Source of the DNA: Eledone cirrhosa
Taxonomy: Eukaryota
DNA: 64,000 nt
Assembly: GCA_964016885.1 (NCBI GenBank)
Contig: OZ024751.1
Span: forward strand, 36,022,001-36,086,000
Direction of reading: 5' to 3'
Of this stretch, positions 57,041 through 64,000 are shown piece after piece. Numbering within the stretch: position 1 is the stretch's first letter; each line of letters begins with the position of its first letter. The notes under the pieces were generated by a model that was not told the origin of the DNA, did not search any database, and saw nothing but the letters and a program-made list of their open reading frames with translations. Position numbers and translations under genes: made by a program.

Positions 57041-58167
57041 CTGTTAAAACTAATGTAGTGTTTCTACTGGTGACAGGAGCAGGACTAAACTCAGGACGAA
57101 AAGTACCAGTCTAGTACTAAGGTCGACTCTTCCTATATATCTCTTTATCACTTCCATTCTCTCACTTTTTATCCTTCTCTGGAAAAAATCTGCTGTATTT
57201 AGACCTGGAGAAAAGATGAGCTACGCAAGATTTAAAAGATGCCCTAAAGATGCCCTATATTAATAGGTGACCCTACACACCTATTAGGAGTTACAGGAAC
57301 ATGGATGTATAGGAACAACATTATAATGACTAATTTTTGTGCAGTACATAGATTTCTTATCAAAACAGCAATGTCCAGATTACAACACTAACTTCATATT
57401 TTCACACACAGAAAGTGCACGTGTGCATACTTATATATAGTTTCATTGATACAAATCCTTATAGATATAAATATATTTAAAGAGAGAACAAAATGAGGTA
57501 AATGAATACACACATAGCTACTTATTTATATATTTGAGTGCGTGTGTGTATGTGTGTGTGTCTATATCTAAGCATGCACACGTGCATGTATTTATGTCTA
57601 TGTATACATTTGCAAATATTTATATATATTTATTGAAGCATACACAACACGCACTCACACAACCTAGAGGCTTATATACATACCGCCAAATTTGTACACA
57701 CACACACACACACTCATACACATATATATATATATACACATATACATATCCATATATCTTAGGTTAGTGCGTTTAAATTGCTTTAAAATTAATGGTTATT
57801 GAAATGGTCACCAGGTTGCATTTACAGTCTATTTGGTCGTTATGTTACGATGTGTATAGTGAAGTATTTCCTTCAATGGTGTAACTCTACATTTAATGAT
57901 ACTGTATCACACGGAATTTATCCTCGATCCGGTGTCTTCATAAATTCCATTTATTTTACATAATAAAGACAAGTCGTTTTAATTTAGCAAACACATGGGA
58001 GCAAATCTATTCTCGCTATTAATATAAGTACTTCACAAATCTAGATATTTATGTAAGTACGTAAGTATATATGTACATATGTGAGAATGTAGGTATGTTT
58101 GTAAGCACGTATGTATGAATGTATATGTATACATATATATTTTTCCATCTGTATACGCAAATATAGA

Positions 58168-58216
<49 letters not shown>

Positions 58217-58368
58217 TTCTCGCTAAAATTGTATCTTAATCAATAAAAGTCGTCTCGGGACATTAGATCTGCCTGGCAATATTGACACTAAGTGAAGTTG
58301 ACTCTCATAAATATGTCTTGTAATTTGTGGCGTTCACGCTAATGCATTTCTACGATTTTAATATTACA

Positions 58369-58405
<37 letters not shown>

Positions 58406-58457
58406 TGTACATATATATACATGTATTTATATATGTATGTAGACCAACACACAAATG

Positions 58458-58505
<48 letters not shown>

Positions 58506-58610
58506 TGTTTGTGTGTATAAGTGCGTATAATATTGTATTATCATATGTGGCATTTCAATGTTATGGACGATTATCGCTCCCCCTTCTTATGTACACATAT
58601 ACGTTATGTA

Positions 58611-58644
<34 letters not shown>

Positions 58645-58772
58645 TATAAATACAAATATATACATCTACACATAAATATATATTGTATATGTATGTGTGT
58701 GTAATGTTTCCGGTAGCAATAATAGGACAATGCAATATAGTTAATAGTAGTACTTCAATCATAATAATCATG

Positions 58773-58796
58773 TTACTACTACTGCTACTACTACTT

Positions 58797-58865
<69 letters not shown>

Positions 58866-59045
58866 ATTGTTTCTACTTTAGGCACAAGGCCCGCAATTAC
58901 CCAGTGCATTACTGGTACTTTATTTTATCGACCCCGTAAGGATGAAAGGCAAAGTCAACCTCGGCCGGATTTGAACTCAGATCGTAAAGGGACGTAACTA
59001 TGCTAGCAAGCATGGCGTCCGACCCTCTACTGATACTGCCAATCC
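58773..59045 (-). mobile_element. SINE family A (58864-59045) whose 3' end runs directly into a (TAG)n tract
   Basis: Family match; the minus strand reads GAAACAATTAGTAGTAG... Confidence 0.92.
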
Positions 59046-59060
59046 AGATGGATCTTATAT

Positions 59061-59200
59061 AGGCACAAGGCCAGCAATTCTTTTTTTGGGGGTGGGGGTG
59101 AAAGTCGATTACATCGACCCCAGTGCGAGACTGGTACTTTACTTTATCGACCTCGTAATGATGAAAGGCAGAGTTAACCTCGGCGGGATTTGAACCCAGG
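59061..59200 (-). mobile_element. SINE family A long variant, 5'-truncated
   Basis: AGGCACAAGGCCAGCAATT...GTCGATTACATCGACCCCAG...CTCGGCGGGATTTGAAC. Confidence 0.85.
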
Positions 59201-59730
59201 CACTAAAGGGGTGGAATACTGACTTGAATGGTCACTTTAACGAGAATAATCTCAAGCCAAACCCTACAAGTTTAGCAGCAAAGGGAAGACAAAAAATTCA
59301 ACATATCAAATGAACTCGAGAGGAGCATAAAGAAGTGATACGCATCTATCACTCGTTTGGAAAACACTTAGAATCAAAACACAGTAAATTATTTCAGGGT
59401 ATGGTGGGAAAGAAATCCAGAAATGAAACCAAAAGTGTAAAATGTGTTAAACTATGTTCCTACAATATGAACCCTACATCATAACGAAAGACATGTTTTA
59501 GTAAAAATTCATTTTGTAACTGATATAAATACTTTACAAAAGAGGAGAGGTGACTAGAAACCCCAACCTGTATGCCATACTGTACGAATACGGCATTGTT
59601 TCCGGCTTCAGACAAAAATTATAAATATGTTACTTGAAGATAATATAAAGAAAATAATCGTTTAGCCGTCTACCCATGGCTTTCTCTGGTAATACTTTGG
59701 AAATTTTCTCTGAGGAAAAAAAGTATGTTT

Positions 59731-60194
<464 letters not shown>

Positions 60195-60533
60195 TTTTAT
60201 ATATAGCATATATATATCTATCTCTGTATGTATATACACACAGAGATATATGCATGTTATGATAAACGTTGTTAAATCTGTTCTAAACCAGAGAAATCTC
60301 TTCACCGCCATAGTTTTTATGTGGGCAATGAAGTTATATTCTTTAGTCATATATCTACAAAGTCTTTCATAAATTCTTTGCTTCTGTCTATCGTTATATA
60401 TCTAATTTTTTCTCTCATTTACCCCAATCTCTTGCTTTCTTCTTACAAAATAGGTCTACACATACACCTATATTTACATTTTCACATATATAGAAACATA
60501 CATATACAAATACACACACAATTTCGTACACAT

Positions 60534-60577
<44 letters not shown>

Positions 60578-60629
60578 CATGCATATGCAAATACACACAC
60601 AATCTCGTACATATACACACATATGCATT

Positions 60630-60727
<98 letters not shown>

Positions 60728-60916
60728 CAAACATGCATATGCAAATACACACACAATTTCGTACATATACACACACATATATACAAACATACATATACAA
60801 ATACACACACAATTTCCTACACATAGACACACTGCCGTATAAACGGATAAATGGAGATTATACAATAGAATACGGCAAATTATGTGTTTTCGTTTTGGTT
60901 GGTGTATAAACCTTCA

Positions 60917-61156
60917 TTGTTGTTGTTGTAGATCTAGTAGATGTTGTTGTTGTAGTTGTTGTAGTTGTTCTTGTATTTGCCGTTCTTCTAGTTCCACTAT
61001 TTGTTGATGTTGATTTAGTTGTTGTTGTTGTAGTATTTCTTGTTTTTGTTTGGTTTAGTTGCTGTGGTTGTTGAAGTAGTTGTTGTTGTTGTAGTTGCGG
61101 ATTCTGTTGTTGTTGTATTTGTTGTAGTTATAGTTACTTTTGTTGCAGCAGCAGTG

Positions 61157-61187
<31 letters not shown>

Positions 61188-61410
61188 CAACAGCAGTAGT
61201 AGTAGTTGTTGTTTTGTCTAGTTGCTGTGGTTGTAGTATTTGTTGTTGTATTTCTATTGCTTGCTGCCAATTCTTTTATTGTTGTTGTAATACTTTTTGT
61301 TGTAGTCTAGTTGCTATTTCAGTAGTAGTAGTAGTAGTAGATTGATCTATTTGTTGTTGTTGCTGTATTATCTGTCGTTGCAATTCTAGTGTTTGTTGTT
61401 GTTGTTGTTG
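60917..61410. repeat. Degenerate (GTT)/(GTA)n low-complexity tract
   Basis: Directly visible; gives poly-Val ORFs. Confidence 0.9.
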
Positions 61411-61598
61411 TAAAAGACTGGCCAAATCGGATTAGAAAGCCGGTAGCGGCCATTCTTTATATCAACCAATTATAAGATGACCTACGCTACACAGAAATCC
61501 CATTAATGAACTTTGTCGTTACTAAGGTTGCATTCAAGATATCACTAGCATAGAGAAAAACTTGGTACACTTCAGGAATCAGATTAGCCGAGCCAACG

Positions 61599-61631
<33 letters not shown>

Positions 61632-61670
61632 CGTGCTTATTTATGAATATTTGTACATATACGCATATAA

Positions 61671-61723
<53 letters not shown>

Positions 61724-62409
61724 TTTATGTATATATATATATATACATATCCATATGTACATTTATGTATATATACATGTATATATTTATATACATACAT
61801 ATGTACATTTATGTATATATATATATTCGCTATAGTTACTAAACTATTGACCGTATTGTGTAATTGTGTTTGTGATATTTACACTACGATGATGTTTATA
61901 TTTTGTTTTGTCTCGAGATTCTCATTCTTCTTCATGTTATATTATGATATTAGAAACAGCGACTGATCCAATAACGATGAATTCTGTTACAGATTCGATG
62001 ATCAAATAAATATATTCTTAATACTTATATACTTCTGATACTTCACTCAGAAAGCAACAATCACCTTCAATGTTATTTTTACCAACCCATAACTACGATC
62101 AAATACAATGATATAAAGCTCACAATGTGAGAAGTATTAGATTATTGGTGACTCATATATTCTCTTGACACTTTCATGTCTCGTAGATTTGGTCAGACGG
62201 TAACAAATATTGAGCAGAAAATGTGGATATATGTATATATTTTCATGTTTTTTTTTTAAAGAGAGGGAATGTAGCCTTCGAGGAATGGATATCTCTTAAC
62301 GAGTTCTGAATATGAAAAAAATATACAAAATAATCAGAAAATATGGCAAACAATTATTTATGCAATTAGAAGTGGAGAATGTTCTCGAATGTTATTATAA
62401 CGTTAATAT

Positions 62410-62738
62410 TAGAGGCCCCATTAGTGGCCCTGGTTTTTGCACCTAGACATTTTCCCTCCGAGGCACAAGCCTGAGCATGGCTTGTTTTGTCGAATACCAG
62501 CAGTCGCCCAATCATACGAGTCTCCGTTCCCCATGACACCGATGTTATCCAAAGGAAAGGCAAAGGTTGATACAGTTTGGCACCAGTGTCGTCTTAACTC
62601 ATTCCTACAGCTGAGTAAACTGGGGTAATCTGAAATAAAGTATCTCGCTCAATAACACAACACACCATCCGGTCTAAGAATTGAACTCACAATCTCTCAA
62701 TTGCAAGCCCAATGTTCTAACAACTAAGCCATGCGCCT
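62410..62738 (-). mobile_element. tRNA-derived SINE family B, near full length
   Basis: Minus strand starts AGGCGCATGGCTTAGTTGTTAGAACATTGGGC, with B box GAGTTCAATTC; colinear with 46500-46782. Confidence 0.8.
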
Positions 62739-62939
62739 ATTGATTCAATACACATGACATCAGATATATGTTTTATTGTATTTAGAAAGATTAAAGTCTA
62801 GCTTAAGGATGACAGAATTACAACTGAAAATAATGAGATAAAAATAAATGCATCATGATACTTTATCTATCACTCACTATGGACGTGTAAAGATGTTTTA
62901 ATTGAGCATTTCTGTACGACCCACGTTACCTTTCGTCTT

Positions 62940-62943
<4 letters not shown>

Positions 62944-62998
<55 letters not shown>

Positions 62999-63168
62999 TA
63001 CATATTTATATCTATATATACATCTACATATTTATATCTATATATCTATATATATCTATATCTATATATATATATATATATCTATATATATATATCTATA
63101 TATATCTATATATATCTATATATATATATATATATCTATATATATATCTATATATATCTATATATATA

Positions 63169-63231
<63 letters not shown>

Positions 63232-63712
63232 ATATATATCTATATATATCTATATATATATATATCTATATATATATATCTATATATATCTATCTATATC
63301 TATATATCTATATATATATCTATCTATATATATATATATATCTATATATATATCTATATATCTATATATCTATATATATATCTATATATCTATATATATA
63401 TATATATCTATATATATATATATCTATCTATATATATATATATCTATCTATATATATATCTATATATATATCTATATATATATCTATATATATATCTATA
63501 TATATATCTATATATATATATCTATATATATATCTATATATATATATATCTATATCTATATATATCTATATATATATATATATATATCTATATATATATA
63601 TATATATATATCTATATATCTATATATATATATCCATATCTATATATCTATATATCTCTCTCTCGCTCTCTATATATATATATATCTATATATATATATA
63701 TATATATATATA
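62944..63712. repeat. (TA)n array with TCTA interruptions
   Basis: Directly visible. Confidence 0.97.
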
Positions 63713-63719
63713 GAGAATA

Positions 63720-63907
63720 GAATATCTAGACTGATTTTCAGGCAAAACCAGCTAACAAGAGACCCAAAGGTAGAATCCATGAGCTTAGCTGGTCCCGCTT
63801 GGGGATCCAGCCGGATCTGTTGGAGACGGTTGCTTCTTACAGGATCTGCTGTAAGGACTCTGCTCCCACAACTCTCTAAGGAATAACTGGGCGAAGAAGA
63901 AGAAGAA
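63720..63907 (+). mobile_element. 3' end of an RTE-clade LINE with (GAA)n tail and an internal deletion
   Basis: [38 protein letters not shown]; homologous to 50385-50587. Confidence 0.7.
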
Positions 63908-63929
63908 AAAAAGATAACGAATAAAATAA

Positions 63930-64000
63930 TAACTCTCTACATATGGTCTGAGTTCAAATCCCGCCGAGGTTAACTTTGCCTTTCATCCTTACGGGGTCGA
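63930..64000 (+). mobile_element. SINE family A, cut by the window end
   Basis: TCTGAGTTCAAATCCCGCCGAGGTTAACTTTGCCTTTCATCCTTACGGGGTCGA. Confidence 0.9.

Overview
AT-rich, repeat-dominated eukaryotic DNA, intronic or intergenic. The SINE sequences and the extreme (TA)n content suggest an octopus or other coleoid cephalopod; this is an inference. I found no intact protein-coding gene: nearly all long ORFs in the track are translations of microsatellites. Recognisable elements are about 16 copies of one tRNA-derived SINE (six with target-site duplications that all begin ATTA), a second SINE family, two adjacent 3' ends of R4/Dong-type LINEs in (TAA)n, three RTE-clade LINE fragments, and a 5'-truncated Penelope-like element (PLE) with a GIY-YIG endonuclease remnant. 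The main result concerns the short unique islands between (TA)n arrays. Many are PLE pseudo-LTR-like modules carrying minimal type I hammerhead ribozyme (HHR) motifs, about 14 complete or near-complete motifs plus several halves. They are often built as asymmetric fold-back palindromes: (TA)n, inverted arm, sense arm, unpaired tail, (TA)n. Five HHRs with largely different stem sequences keep a C.C mismatch at the same position in helix II. One hairpin family shows symmetric substitutions on both arms. All alignments and folds were done by eye, and some boundaries are approximate.
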